From the IMG/VR virus record IMGVR_UViG_3300027759_006101, positions 124,001 to 188,000 of that record: a DNA stretch of 64,000 nucleotides; one strand, written 5' to 3'. The notes beneath the pieces were generated by a model. That model was not told where the DNA came from. It ran no database searches and saw only the letters and a program-made list of their open reading frames with translations. Both the position numbers and the translations under genes were made by a program. Of the stretch, positions 29,246 through 39,589 are shown piece after piece (the first letter of the stretch is position 1; every line of letters starts with the position of its first letter).

Positions 29246-29632
29246 TTATAAACAATAACGAACAAGTGCTTCACTCATACATACTAAACTCAAAGCAGCA
29301 AGACTAGTATACTTATCATCTCTAACTATAGGATGGTCTAAGTAACAGACATCTTCTCTATACTTGGTCTTCCATATGAACAAGGCTACTTCTCTCTCAA
29401 CAATGATAATAGTACCTAATTGTCTATCAGGTAATTCTATTACACTATCATAGCGTATAGGGTTAAACTGTATACCATCTTTGACCACAGGTTCTGATTT
29501 AGTAGCTTTTAGCTTACACGATAAACCATAGGGCATAATAGTTTCCCATTTGCCATCTATCATCAACGCTACAACATGATCCGTCTTATTTATTATCTTT
29601 GCCATTCTTCCAAGCCATATACCAAAATACAA
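29246..29632 (-). CDS. conserved phage hypothetical protein
   Basis: IINKTDH..LPD...GTIIIV pattern. Confidence 0.6.
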   Translation of the reverse strand: MYFGIWLGRMAKIINKTDHVVALMIDGKWETIMPYGLSCKLKATKSEPVVKDGIQFNPIRYDSVIELPDRQLGTIIIVEREVALFIWKTKYREDVCYLDHPIVRDDKYTSLAALSLVCMSEALVRYCL

Positions 29633-29664
29633 ACAGCCACATAATCAAACATACAAATAATACG

Positions 29665-29979
29665 TTAGTTACAATGATTAGTAAAGAGTTCATAGGATCC
29701 ACCTGTTTGCTTGTTCGCTATATCAATCATTTCATCCCAACTGGCTGTATATCCTATCATTCCCGACAACGCTGTAGACACTGTTTCATAACTACGTCCG
29801 ATCTTTTCACTTACAAAAACAGCTAACCGTCCATTATTAGTTGTTTTAGCATGTTTACCAGTTAATGGATTAACATATAACCATACGTCAGAGATCATAT
29901 TATCATAATCTACAGGGTACAATTCTGGATCTGCATTGTTCATATATCTTTTATAAAATATCTTGACATGTATATACAA
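29665..29979 (-). CDS. hypothetical protein (likely start ~29943)
   Basis: ORF divergent from 29997. Confidence 0.5.
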   Translation of the reverse strand: MYIHVKIFYKRYMNNADPELYPVDYDNMISDVWLYVNPLTGKHAKTTNNGRLAVFVSEKIGRSYETVSTALSGMIGYTASWDEMIDIANKQTGGSYELFTNHCN

Positions 29980-29991
29980 TATGATATAATA
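29963..29991 (+). promoter_or_regulatory. sigma70-type promoter, leaderless transcript
   Basis: TTGACA-N17-TATAAT with a TG extension, about 6 nt before ATG 29997; no SD. Confidence 0.8.
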
Positions 29992-29996
29992 CTTGT

Positions 29997-30197
29997 ATGG
30001 AAAACACTACAATCTCCCAATTCGTAAGCGACAACGTAGAAGGCGATCCAGCATTCAAAGGATACGTTGTCAGTGAGTTGAAGGATCTGGTAAAACAGAA
30101 TCCTACAATGTCACTTTCAGAGTTGCTTCAGGATGCAACGGAATCTGCCCTAGAACAATGGGATACAGACCAATATACAGACTACTACCAAGAGTAG
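29997..30197 (+). CDS. small acidic protein (MENTT start)
   Basis: Own promoter and terminator. Confidence 0.7.
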   Translation: MENTTISQFVSDNVEGDPAFKGYVVSELKDLVKQNPTMSLSELLQDATESALEQWDTDQYTDYYQE

Positions 30198-30342
30198 TCT
30201 GTACACAGCCCTTGACATTTGTCAAGGGCTTTATTATTTATTTTTTTATGCAAAGTGTTTATAGGAATGGTAAATACCATTCCTGAAAAAATTTGTCAAA
30301 TAAATTTTTTTACTTGACAAGATATTGGATATGTGGTAAGAC

Positions 30343-30537
30343 CTACATCTCCATTGCTTTTGCTTTTGCTCTTTCTTTGGCAGTTTGTGATTCTGCAAGT
30401 ATACGGTCTGCTTCAGCAAGGGTAAACTGATTCTTGACGCTGTTTTTAAGCATCCTATGCAGAATCTCCACATATGCTTTCTGCATTCCAACTTCCATGG
30501 CGAGTTCTGTGATGTGTTTCATTTCGTTCATGTACAT
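30343..30537 (-). CDS. hypothetical cassette protein
   Basis: Own minus-strand promoter. Confidence 0.6.
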   Translation of the reverse strand: MYMNEMKHITELAMEVGMQKAYVEILHRMLKNSVKNQFTLAEADRILAESQTAKERAKAKAMEM

Positions 30538-30637
30538 AATATATCACTTTGTATATATTATTGCAAGGCTTATTTAGTTAATAGATCATACATAAATAAG
30601 TATTGCAAAAGTGCATATTGTGCTGTAATATATAGAC

Positions 30638-30832
30638 ATGAACAAAGATACAAAAGTAGAACTAGAGTTTTCCACCAATCGTTTCTGGGAACTCTCCATG
30701 TCCGACCTTGGTTATACCGAAGGTATGACAGAAGAAGAATTCAATGCAAAGATTGCAGACTTCATCAACTCTGACGACTTTGAAACCAGGTACATACCTG
30801 AAACCAATGAACTGAAAGTCTACGCAGAGTAG
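30638..30832 (+). CDS. small acidic cassette protein
   Basis: Leaderless promoter, family A terminator. Confidence 0.7.
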   Translation: MNKDTKVELEFSTNRFWELSMSDLGYTEGMTEEEFNAKIADFINSDDFETRYIPETNELKVYAE

Positions 30833-31043
30833 ACTTATCATATCTCTTGACGAAAGTCAAGAGATATTTATTTAATTTATTTTTTGTTGTTTATCTTTAG
30901 GCACGGTAAATACCGTGCCTATAAAATTTTGTCAAATTTATTTTTACTACCACAGTCCAGACCCGTTGTCAAGAAAATAATTGTTTTTAGTTAATAACTA
31001 AATAAGTATTGCAATGTGATATAACTTGCTGTAATATATAGAC

Positions 31044-31511
31044 ATGGAAAACACTACTATGCAACTCTGGGAAGTCAAGGGCTTCGAGTCTTCTGCTGTC
31101 AAGGCTCTGCTCATCGGTAAGACCGCCAACGGTCAGGATTGTATTGGATGCGCTTGGGACGCAAACACTCTCTACGTTTACGCCTATGAAGGTATCGTAG
31201 ACACCTTCATGTACTACATGGAAAGATTCAATTCTGTAGGCAAGGCTATGGCATTCACCAAGTTGAAGGATGGTATGGAAGAAGGATTGTACTTTTCCCC
31301 TTACGCTTCCGGTAGAAAACTGCAAAACCATAACCAACTGTATGTCTTGCGCCGTTATGAGATGAAAAGTGCTATGACGGCTCACATTGTAGTACATCAA
31401 AACGTGTGCTTTGATACACCTGAGAATGCTATCAAAAACCTCATCTCATCTGGTGACCTTGAGGCAGAGCGTAGTTACTTTGTAGACTGTATGGCAAGAC
31501 GGGTAGTCTAA
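31044..31511 (+). CDS. cassette protein (MENTT start)
   Basis: Upstream sequence nearly the same as that of 30638. Confidence 0.75.
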   Translation: MENTTMQLWEVKGFESSAVKALLIGKTANGQDCIGCAWDANTLYVYAYEGIVDTFMYYMERFNSVGKAMAFTKLKDGMEEGLYFSPYASGRKLQNHNQLYVLRRYEMKSAMTAHIVVHQNVCFDTPENAIKNLISSGDLEAERSYFVDCMARRVV

Positions 31512-31664
31512 CCACTACCATATCCCTTGGCAAATGTCAAGGGATATTTATTTAAATATTTTTTTTGCAATCTATCTTAAGGTACGGTATTTACCGTACC
31601 TGAAAAATCTTGTCAAATAAATTTATTTTCTTGCATAGTATATACAATATGATATACTAACCCT

Positions 31665-31919
31665 ATGAGCAAAGTATACAGAATGATTCTTGGTCAAGAC
31701 CCTAACAGCACTAGACCTATTGGCACTGAGAAAACGCTTAAGGAAGCCAAAGAATATATCCTATCAAGGGCTTATAATAATGACTATTGTGCTATTTACG
31801 TAGCAGACAATGAGAATCCGGCTGGTGAATTGGTAGGACGTTGGATTATAAAGAATAAGAAACTTACATCGTTTGAAAAAAAATCAAAGCCAATTGATTA
31901 TAAAAAACAAATCTTTTGA
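31665..31919 (+). CDS. hypothetical cassette protein
   Basis: TTGCAT-N17-TATACT leaderless promoter. Confidence 0.7.
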   Translation: MSKVYRMILGQDPNSTRPIGTEKTLKEAKEYILSRAYNNDYCAIYVADNENPAGELVGRWIIKNKKLTSFEKKSKPIDYKKQIF

Positions 31920-31949
31920 CAGTTATATAAAAGGTGATATAATAACAGT

Positions 31950-32210
31950 ATGAACGATTACAACGGTTGGAAAAATGAAACTACTTGGACTGTCAATATC
32001 TTATTTATGGAAACTATTGAACAGCTGATAAAAGATGGATACGAGCTTGATGAAGTAGCCACACATATTTATCGTAAACTTGGCGCAGATGAAATGAATT
32101 GGTACGGTAGTCAGATTTTTGCAAGTGCGTGGAAGCAAATTGACTGGTGGACGCTTGTTGCCAGAGCAAAAGAAAATGTAGAAAAAGATGCTGTAAGTAT
32201 TGCAGAGTGA
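31950..32210 (+). CDS. conserved phage protein (YNGWxNxxTW motif)
   Basis: YNGWKNETTWTV...IDW. Confidence 0.75.
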   Translation: MNDYNGWKNETTWTVNILFMETIEQLIKDGYELDEVATHIYRKLGADEMNWYGSQIFASAWKQIDWWTLVARAKENVEKDAVSIAE

Positions 32211-32234
32211 TATAAATAAGGATACTATATAGAC

Positions 32235-32333
32235 ATGAACAATTTAGTACATTCTCTTCTCGTAGGTGCTGGTCTTTTGGTTCTTATGCTGGGTTTGCTT
32301 TCAACCCTAACATTGAACAAGCCAGCTGAATAA
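32235..32333 (+). CDS. 32-aa single-TM peptide (below ORF track cutoff)
   Basis: MNNLVHSLLVGAGLLVLMLGLLSTLTLNKPAE; TATATAGAC-ATG context as at 30638 and 31044. Confidence 0.6.
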   Translation: MNNLVHSLLVGAGLLVLMLGLLSTLTLNKPAE

Positions 32334-32467
32334 ATAAATCCCAAGAATTTTTCTTGGGATTTATCTTTAGGTCTGGTAGAGACCAGACCTTTAAAATATT
32401 GTCAAATTTATTTATTTTCTTGACAGGTATATACTTTATGATATACTGACTGAGTAAGGAAAAAGAT

Positions 32468-32758
32468 ATGGAAATTAAAACTACTGACTACGGTGTTTGC
32501 AAAGTGTCTAAAGGTTATTACCCTAGCAATGGTAATATGTGGTTAATTCTCACTGATGCTGATGGACAGCAAGTGACAGTTATTACCTCTAACATCATTC
32601 CTATGGCAGATGGTGAATTCTGTGGAAACATTACCAACATTGGCAAAATTCTGTGGAATGATATTCTTGCTTCTGGTCTTATCGAAGAGACTGGTGAGTT
32701 GGTTCAGTCAGGATTTGTCCAATTTCCTGTATGCAAGCTGGTCAAAGAACTAGCATAA
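32468..32758 (+). CDS. DUF4313-like protein
   Basis: GLIEETG..VQSGFVQFPV motif. Confidence 0.6.
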   Translation: MEIKTTDYGVCKVSKGYYPSNGNMWLILTDADGQQVTVITSNIIPMADGEFCGNITNIGKILWNDILASGLIEETGELVQSGFVQFPVCKLVKELA

Positions 32759-32909
32759 CTTCTACAACAAAGATAAATCTCAAGAAAAATTCTTGAGATT
32801 TATCTTTAGGTCTGGTATTTACCAGACCTTTATTTTTTTGTCAAATTTATTTATTTTCTTGACAGGTATATACAGTGTGATATACTATTCTTGTAAGGGA
32901 GTTAGACAG

Positions 32910-33131
32910 ATGACATATTCAGAATACATTGCGAAGTGTGAAGTCGCAAAGACAGCGTTTCAGTGCAATGTTACATCTTCACTTATAGTTGATAATGCAA
33001 CACCAGAAAAACGGTTGGAGTGGATTGCCGAAGACCTTGCAAAACTTAATGCAGAGTTGGAAGTGATTGGTAAGGCGTTTGATGAACAGGATGAGGTTGG
33101 TGACCCGTTTGTAGGCTTGGAGGCAAAGTAA
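32910..33131 (+). CDS. cassette protein A1
   Basis: GGGAG SD; paralog of 33533..33745 (WIAED/WIADD, GDPFV). Confidence 0.7.
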   Translation: MTYSEYIAKCEVAKTAFQCNVTSSLIVDNATPEKRLEWIAEDLAKLNAELEVIGKAFDEQDEVGDPFVGLEAK

Positions 33132-33391
33132 TGGCTGTTGAGACTATTGGTTATTGGAACGCTTCTTACATCTTTGAAAGTATTGAGTTGAAAGATGATG
33201 AGCAGGAGCAGTTTTTGGAAAAGTTCACTACAGGTGATGATCACACTTCATTGACATTGGTAAGCAGATACAAGTTTTTTACAATGTTGAAAGACTTTGT
33301 GAAGAATCTTGATGATCAGGAGCCACAAGAAGCAGTACTGGCAGTTCAACACTGGTATCCTGAAGCCAAGTATGTTAACGTAGAAGCATAA
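33131..33391 (+). CDS. cassette protein B1
   Basis: Paralog of 33745..34014. Confidence 0.7.
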   Translation: MAVETIGYWNASYIFESIELKDDEQEQFLEKFTTGDDHTSLTLVSRYKFFTMLKDFVKNLDDQEPQEAVLAVQHWYPEAKYVNVEA

Positions 33392-33532
33392 AAAGAAGAT
33401 AAATCCCAAGAAAAAATCTTGGGATTTATCTTTAGGTATGTGAATTACATACCTAAATTTTTTTGTCAAATATATTTATTTTCTTGACAGGTATATACAA
33501 TGTGATATACTATTCTTGTAAGGGAGTTAGAT

Positions 33533-33745
33533 ATGAACATTCAAGATTACGACAAAGTGAGAGCCACAGTTCTCAACGCATTGTACTGTAGCGTACAGTC
33601 TGCATTGGAGATGAACTATGTATCGGAAACCTGCAAGTTACACTGGATTGCAGATGACTTCAAAGTTGCAAAAGACAAGTTGCAAAAGATTGAAGAAGAG
33701 ATGCGAGTTTTGCTTGGAGACCCGTTTGTAGAAGAGGTAAAGTAA
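33533..33745 (+). CDS. cassette protein A2
   Basis: Paralog of 32910..33131. Confidence 0.7.
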   Translation: MNIQDYDKVRATVLNALYCSVQSALEMNYVSETCKLHWIADDFKVAKDKLQKIEEEMRVLLGDPFVEEVK

Positions 33746-34014
33746 TGGAAACAGTAGACTTTGTAAACGCAACGGAATTTTTTGATGGAATGGAACTTGG
33801 TCATGGTGAATCAGACGAGTTCCTTAGCAAGTTCACATATGGTGATATCCGCACTACATTCACCTTGGTAAGCCGTGGAACATTCCTTTCATATCTTAAG
33901 ACCTTCATTACTGATTGTGAAGACATCTATGAGAAAGATGTTGTGATGGAAGCATTGAGAGATTACAATCTTTCAGTTGATGTTCGCATTAAGTATGTAA
34001 ACATCGAAGCGTAA
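33745..34014 (+). CDS. cassette protein B2
   Basis: FL.KFT.GD..TLVSR..F...KYVN.EA shared with B1. Confidence 0.7.
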   Translation: METVDFVNATEFFDGMELGHGESDEFLSKFTYGDIRTTFTLVSRGTFLSYLKTFITDCEDIYEKDVVMEALRDYNLSVDVRIKYVNIEA

Positions 34015-34108
34015 TAAATAAATCCCAAGAAAAATTCTTGGGATTTATCTTTAGTTATGGTATAACCATAACTGAAAAAATTTGCAAGAAAAAAATCTTG
34101 CAATCTTT

Positions 34109-34327
34109 TCAGAAAGTTAATGGTCTTGTTTTAATAACCAATTCCATATCTTCAATATCACCTTGAGGAACGAATGTGCAAAAATTCTCAAAACACTCGC
34201 AATAAGGTGCCCAACCATTCCACCCTTTACATGATGGTTTACAATTGGTGCTTTCAAACTTATGCCATCTCTCTTCAGCCAGCAAAGCCGACCAAAGAGA
34301 GAGAGCCTTTTGCCTGTAATTGTTCAT
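34109..34327 (-). CDS. small Cys-containing protein
   Basis: Last gene of a 3-gene coupled operon. Confidence 0.6.
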   Translation of the reverse strand: MNNYRQKALSLWSALLAEERWHKFESTNCKPSCKGWNGWAPYCECFENFCTFVPQGDIEDMELVIKTRPLTF

Positions 34328-34563
34328 TTAAGTCTGTAACTCTTGTCTAGTCTTAATTCTATCACACCATTGTTGTCTTCGGTAGCACCACGGTAAACAT
34401 TATCGCCAACACGAACATAACAACGTACAAAGTTTCCAAATTGTTCCCAGAATAATGGTTTGCGCATCTTGCTGTATCGTTTACCATTATGAATTCCAAC
34501 GACTTGAATCTTGCTGTCAGTTACCCAACGTGTACCACCATTGTTCAAGTAATAATGCGCCAT
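34324..34563 (-). CDS. hypothetical protein
   Basis: Coupled ORF. Confidence 0.6.
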   Translation of the reverse strand: MAHYYLNNGGTRWVTDSKIQVVGIHNGKRYSKMRKPLFWEQFGNFVRCYVRVGDNVYRGATEDNNGVIELRLDKSYRLK

Positions 34564-34763
34564 TACTTATTAACTCCTCTTTGCGTGTAAAAGTTATTGC
34601 CATCGCACAGAATCCATTCTGTGCAGTACTTGGATGCATAGTACTCGCCCAAGTCGATTGGGTCACGTCCTGATGCAAGAAGGATTCCATTGTAGTGTGC
34701 AGTGTAGAGCATCTTTGGCACACGGCTCTTGAATTTTACGATTACCTTGTCTGTAGTGTTCAT
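34563..34763 (-). CDS. hypothetical protein
   Basis: Leaderless promoter upstream. Confidence 0.6.
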   Translation of the reverse strand: MNTTDKVIVKFKSRVPKMLYTAHYNGILLASGRDPIDLGEYYASKYCTEWILCDGNNFYTQRGVNK

Positions 34764-34871
34764 AGCAATAGTATATCATCTTGTGTATAGGATGCAAGAT
34801 ATATCTTTTAAAAATAGTTCTTGACACCCTATATAATAAGTGTTATACTTAAGCAGTAAGGAGTTAGAACA

Positions 34872-35075
34872 ATGGATTATATTGAAGCGGAGTTGGAAGC
34901 AAGAATTTTTCCTAGCGTTGATGTTGACCCAATGGATTATATGACGGATGAGGAACTGGATGAACAGTTCGACAATGAACCAGATTGTGATGACCAATGG
35001 GCTGATGCAAACGCTTTGGCATCAGCAGGCTGGGGAACTGATGAAGACTACGGTGGAGGCGATATCGAATGGTGA
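34872..35075 (+). CDS. very acidic small phage protein
   Basis: ALASAGWGTDEDYG; TTGACA promoter, AAGGAG SD. Confidence 0.75.
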   Translation: MDYIEAELEARIFPSVDVDPMDYMTDEELDEQFDNEPDCDDQWADANALASAGWGTDEDYGGGDIEW

Positions 35076-35219
35076 TATCATATCCCTTGACAAAAGTCAA
35101 GGGATATTTTTATTTAACAATATTCGTAAGGAATGGTATTTACCATTCCTATAAAAAAACCTCAAGAAAAATTCCTGAGGTTTTTTTTGGAAGTAATGCA
35201 AGCCCAAGTTTATTATACG

Positions 35220-35597
35220 TTAATAAACCCTTGATGTATGGCAAATTACAACATCACCAAACAAATGCACATTATCTCTCTTACAAAGTTTTTGGTAAAT
35301 TGCACTTGCTATCATGTTATAGTTACCAATCTCTACATCATCCTTGAACTTTGTTTTAAGCTGTCCTTCTTCATCACAAATGAAAATCACGGATTCATCA
35401 CCTGTGTATGCGATTTCAAAGTAATCGTAGTTAGCATCTGACTTGATTTTGTCAATATCAAAGTACTGGTTGCCATCTATAACTTTGTCAAATTCACGTT
35501 CCTTGATATCACCCTCTATAGAAATATAAAAGCCTCTGATGTTGTTGCGTACTTCTTCAAGAATACGCTCAATGTTTACCAATGCTACAATGTTCAT
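35220..35597 (-). CDS. DUF3846-like protein
   Basis: ICDEEGQLK..N.IAS..LFGDVVI. Confidence 0.6.
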   Translation of the reverse strand: MNIVALVNIERILEEVRNNIRGFYISIEGDIKEREFDKVIDGNQYFDIDKIKSDANYDYFEIAYTGDESVIFICDEEGQLKTKFKDDVEIGNYNMIASAIYQKLCKRDNVHLFGDVVICHTSRVY

Positions 35598-35743
35598 AAC
35601 TAACTCCTTACACTATGATTATATCAGGCTGTATATATTGTGCAATATATTTTAAATATTTGACAAAATTTTATAGGTACGGTATTTACCGTACCTTAAG
35701 ATAGTTCACAATAAAAAAATTCCCCATTTCTGGGGAACTTTTT

Positions 35744-36088
35744 TTACTTTGCGTAGTCAGTGCTTTGTCTGGTAGTGCTTCGGAACATTTCAGCTACTTT
35801 GAACGCTTCAGACAAGTATGCATGAATTGCACTAGTCAAAGCCAAAGATGATATGTTATTATCAGTGAGGGTTTTGATTGGCATAGAATATTTCAATTCT
35901 GTGTCATCATTGAGAAAATGGTATACATCTGCTTCTATAGCATCCATTGTTGGACTTATGACTATATCAATAACACCATTGCCATGTGCTACACTTAAGA
36001 CTATGTCTTTTTGACCAAATTCTATCGCTTGCTTTACAAACTCTTCGGTAGTGTCAACGCTCTTAAAACCGTTCTTAGAGAACAACAT
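35744..36088 (-). CDS. hypothetical protein
   Basis: Likely start MLFSK. Confidence 0.55.
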   Translation of the reverse strand: MLFSKNGFKSVDTTEEFVKQAIEFGQKDIVLSVAHGNGVIDIVISPTMDAIEADVYHFLNDDTELKYSMPIKTLTDNNISSLALTSAIHAYLSEAFKVAEMFRSTTRQSTDYAK

Positions 36089-36410
36089 ATTTGTATTGCT
36101 TCTTTCCTTGTAACTCTCTTGATGATTGTACCATAACCATCCACATAGTAGACAACAAACTAACTGTAGCAAGACCTGCTACAAACATCATTGTGGTGTC
36201 AATGTTGCCACCCAAGATGTATTCAATAATCATAGAAAATGGCGTGAGCAACAAAACGCTACACGTCATAACTGTTATACACTCAAGCAATGTATATAGT
36301 GCTTTAGGCATATGCTTTGTAATCTGCCAAAAAGCAACAATGCCACCAGTGTAAAGAAAAACCTGTATTGTTCTATTAATAATCTCTTCTGTCATCCTGC
36401 TACCTCCCAA
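36075..36410 (-). CDS. three-TM membrane protein
   Basis: Hydrophobic segments. Confidence 0.6.
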   Translation of the reverse strand: MGGSRMTEEIINRTIQVFLYTGGIVAFWQITKHMPKALYTLLECITVMTCSVLLLTPFSMIIEYILGGNIDTTMMFVAGLATVSLLSTMWMVMVQSSRELQGKKQYKYVVL

Positions 36411-36613
36411 TCTTCTGCCAATACATCTTCAGTCTTTAAAGTATAACAAGCCCAAAAACTCATTTCTTCACCAGTAGACCAAACACATTTAAATTTAAGT
36501 TCTGATTCTTCTAGTTTTACCAAGATAACATTAGTAGAATTAGGATTCCACTTTTTGCTTCTTGTGATAGTCTTACCATCACGGAGCATTGGCAATACCT
36601 GTTCAAGTTTCAT
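36392..36613 (-). CDS. DUF2829/Tad2-like protein
   Basis: LEQVLPMLRDGKTITRSKKW...EDVLAEDWEV. Confidence 0.65.
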   Translation of the reverse strand: MKLEQVLPMLRDGKTITRSKKWNPNSTNVILVKLEESELKFKCVWSTGEEMSFWACYTLKTEDVLAEDWEVAG

Positions 36614-36682
36614 AGAGTAAGTATATCATCTATCATATACTTGTCAATAAGAATTTTTGCCCCATTTTTACTGGGGCATTAT

Positions 36683-36964
36683 TCAAAAATTATTCTCTTG
36701 CTTAATAACTTCTAATTTATTTAATAATTCTTCAGGGTATTCTTCTAATATATCTGCTAACTTAACTAAATTAGATGCTGTAGGAATTCTCTTACCATTA
36801 AGCCAGTTACTTACTTGTGGCTGTTTGACTCCCATCATCTCTGCAATTTCTACCTGTGTAAATTTAGTCATTATAACACTTTTTTTCTTCAATGTGTCTT
36901 GAATAATATTTACCTCTTCATTGGTATAGTTGGTATAGTTGGTGTTAAAAAGAATTTTTTTCAT
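36683..36964 (-). CDS. XRE-family HTH regulator
   Basis: TQVEIAEMMGVKQPQVSNWLNGKRIP..NLVKLADIL. Confidence 0.88.
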   Translation of the reverse strand: MKKILFNTNYTNYTNEEVNIIQDTLKKKSVIMTKFTQVEIAEMMGVKQPQVSNWLNGKRIPTASNLVKLADILEEYPEELLNKLEVIKQENNF

Positions 36965-37117
36965 AGAGAAACCTTTCTGTTGTTGTTACATCCTGTAGTA
37001 TATCACATCGTACATATGATTAATTTTGAGTAAAAATTTTTTTTGATAAAATTTTGAAGTTATGGTAATACCATAACTAAAGATAAATCCCAAGATTTTT
37101 CTTGGGATTCTTTTAGT

Positions 37118-37450
37118 TTATTCGCCAGCAGTTACATATTCAGCTGACCAGTCAATTTTTGCATCGTCACTCCAATGTGCTGGTAAGTTTGATTCTACAA
37201 AGAATGCAAACGTTTGGGAATCAGTGTCTTCAGTATCCCAATAAACAGCCGCTTCAAAGTAAGTACCGAAGTCATGGCTTTCACGCTTGATACCAAAATA
37301 AGCGTTTTCAGGGATGTTAACAAACCGTTCTTTTAAAAGGTTGACAAACTTGAAAACTTCATTACGCATTTCAGTGTAGTCAACTTCTGGGCTAACTTGG
37401 ATGCATTCTTCTTCAAATGGAACTGGTCCAAGGGTCATAAAATCTCTCAT
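37118..37450 (-). CDS. conserved acidic phage protein
   Basis: LGPVP.EE.C.QV...HDFGTY.E; AAGGAG SD. Confidence 0.7.
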   Translation of the reverse strand: MRDFMTLGPVPFEEECIQVSPEVDYTEMRNEVFKFVNLLKERFVNIPENAYFGIKRESHDFGTYFEAAVYWDTEDTDSQTFAFFVESNLPAHWSDDAKIDWSAEYVTAGE

Positions 37451-37802
37451 ATCAAACTCCTTACACCAATAGTATAACACAAATTATATAAGATGCAAAT
37501 TTAAAAAATATATTTGACAAAAATTTATAGGCACGGTAAATACCGTGCCTTAAGTAAAATGTCAAAAAAATAGGAGGCCTAAGCCTCCTTGTCTTCATCT
37601 TTGAACTTATCATCCAAACAACTCTGGCATCCAACCCACCATTTATCATTGTAGCTCCAGCACTTACCTTGACCTGGCTGAACCACTACTTTGCACCAAC
37701 AGCACTTCTTAGCATACAAGTTCTTCATAACAACCTCCACAGTAAATATACCAGATTGTATATATAATGTCAAGAAAAATACCCCATCTCTGGGGTATTT
37801 AT

Positions 37803-38075
37803 TTAATCCATGATGTTGGCTAATCGGTCTTCTTTGGTTTTGAAGTGACCAGAAAGCCAACCTTCACGCTTTGGCTCTACATTCTCTGCCTGTGTGACAA
37901 GCGATAGTTGGTGCTTGTAAACTTCCTCAAGAGCAGATATTTGTGTTGCGATTTGATTTGCCACTTTACTGTCGATACGCATCATATCCATCTGAATGTC
38001 CTTGAGAGAAACAATCTGATTGCGTGTACAAAACAAAATCTCACGAAGCCTATCCGAATTCCTTGTAGTTCTCAT
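37803..38075 (-). CDS. hypothetical protein
   Basis: AAGGAGG SD. Confidence 0.65.
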   Translation of the reverse strand: MRTTRNSDRLREILFCTRNQIVSLKDIQMDMMRIDSKVANQIATQISALEEVYKHQLSLVTQAENVEPKREGWLSGHFKTKEDRLANIMD

Positions 38076-38196
38076 AACTACCTCCTTACTTACAAAGAGA
38101 GTATATCAAGTAGTATATGACGTGTCAAGTATTATTTAATTTGAATACTCAGGTGTCACACGATATAATACCTTATCAATTGAAGGGTATAGGACG

Positions 38197-38574
38197 ATGG
38201 TTTGCTACAACACAGAATGGGAAAACCCACTTTATTGGTTTGACAAGTTACTAACTTACACGGAACACGCTGAATTACGTACGATTGAAAGAGATTTGCC
38301 TTTAGTAGATTTTCTTCCACTAGAATCAAAGTTTCTGTATCGCACCCTTAAGAGGGATGTCTATTCAATGACATTTGAGACTGTAGTGAATCACAAAAGA
38401 ATGGAAATTGCAATCAATTCGTTAGGTTACGTTATGACTGTGTATCCTGTGCTAATCACCAAAGCTGACAAGTTTCAATATAAGTATAAGCAATATCTTG
38501 GTGCATTCAAGCAACCTGATGATTATTGCCCGCCAGTCATCAGCGATTTCAATTTCTTGGAAGGAACAATATGA
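38197..38574 (+). CDS. hypothetical protein
   Basis: 125-aa ORF with promoter. Confidence 0.6.
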   Translation: MVCYNTEWENPLYWFDKLLTYTEHAELRTIERDLPLVDFLPLESKFLYRTLKRDVYSMTFETVVNHKRMEIAINSLGYVMTVYPVLITKADKFQYKYKQYLGAFKQPDDYCPPVISDFNFLEGTI

Positions 38575-38816
38575 TAGGTATAATTAAGTTAGAGTTTGGT
38601 ATGTTCAATCTTTATATAAGAGATGTTTGTGTAGTTTCAACAACTACTATGGCAGGCATCAAACACGCAATCAAAAAACACGGATTGCAAGGATATACAT
38701 ATGCAACAGGGTGAAAACCCTGTTTTTTTATTTGACAAATTTTTTAAGGTATGGCATTTACCATACCTTAAATTTTATGCAAGAAAAATCCCAAGAATTC
38801 TCTTGGGATTTATTAT

Positions 38817-39125
38817 TTATTCAGATTCCTCTAGCAACTTTCTCTCTTTTGCTTTGTGTCTGAAGAATGTAGACCTTGATACATTTAATTTTTTCATTGC
38901 TTCACCAGAGGTAGAACCATTATAGATGCATTCTTTGATATCAGATTTTTCAGCTCTATTAGGTGATTTTTTTGCAAGGGGAATTTTTTTTGCGATGTTA
39001 AATTCTCTTTCAATTAAGAATTTAACTGTTTCCTCAGATGTTAAATCTTTGTTTAATTGAAAAGATAACTTTCGTCTTACAACATCAAGTTCTTCTACAT
39101 TTACTTGCACTTCAATACTACTCAT
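38817..39125 (-). CDS. HTH protein (resolvase-type C-terminal HTH)
   Basis: GEAMKKLNVSRSTFFRH. Confidence 0.7.
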   Translation of the reverse strand: MSSIEVQVNVEELDVVRRKLSFQLNKDLTSEETVKFLIEREFNIAKKIPLAKKSPNRAEKSDIKECIYNGSTSGEAMKKLNVSRSTFFRHKAKERKLLEESE

Positions 39126-39266
39126 TTTCGGAACCTTTCTTGTGCTTCTGCTTTCTGGAGTACTTTGACTTGTCCTTGAAAGTACTTGGACGCATCTGAC
39201 TTGCTCGCATCATTTCTGTGCCTGATGCGATAGCCAGTTCTTCAATAAACTTCTTGAATTTTTTCA

Positions 39267-39527
39267 TCATGCTACCTCTATCTTTCCGTTATTGTCTGCT
39301 TGATTGTTGAATTTTTCAACAAGTGCATTGTATTCATTTTCGTAAATGGTATACAATGTCTTAAACCGTCTTTGATATTTAGTCTCTGATAATCTTTTTG
39401 CCATATACTTGACAGATTGTTCACACAGGCTTTTCTTCAGGTCAAAACCAGTGACATCCTCTATCAATAGTTCATAATGGTGATGATTGAACCATCGCTC
39501 TGTATTGTTCCAAAGTACTGTTCTCAT
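39267..39527 (-). CDS. hypothetical protein
   Basis: Leaderless cassette ORF. Confidence 0.6.
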   Translation of the reverse strand: MRTVLWNNTERWFNHHHYELLIEDVTGFDLKKSLCEQSVKYMAKRLSETKYQRRFKTLYTIYENEYNALVEKFNNQADNNGKIEVA

Positions 39528-39589
39528 AGCACTAATATACCAAAGATTATATACGTGTGCAAGTATTATTTTTCTGATATAATAACGGC

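Noticed and set aside
32793-32909. N-terminal extensions of track ORFs (also 42320-42394, 44095-44214, 54376-54468, 56709-56756)
   Set aside because: They run through promoters or symmetric elements; downstream ATGs with SD or promoter context are more plausible
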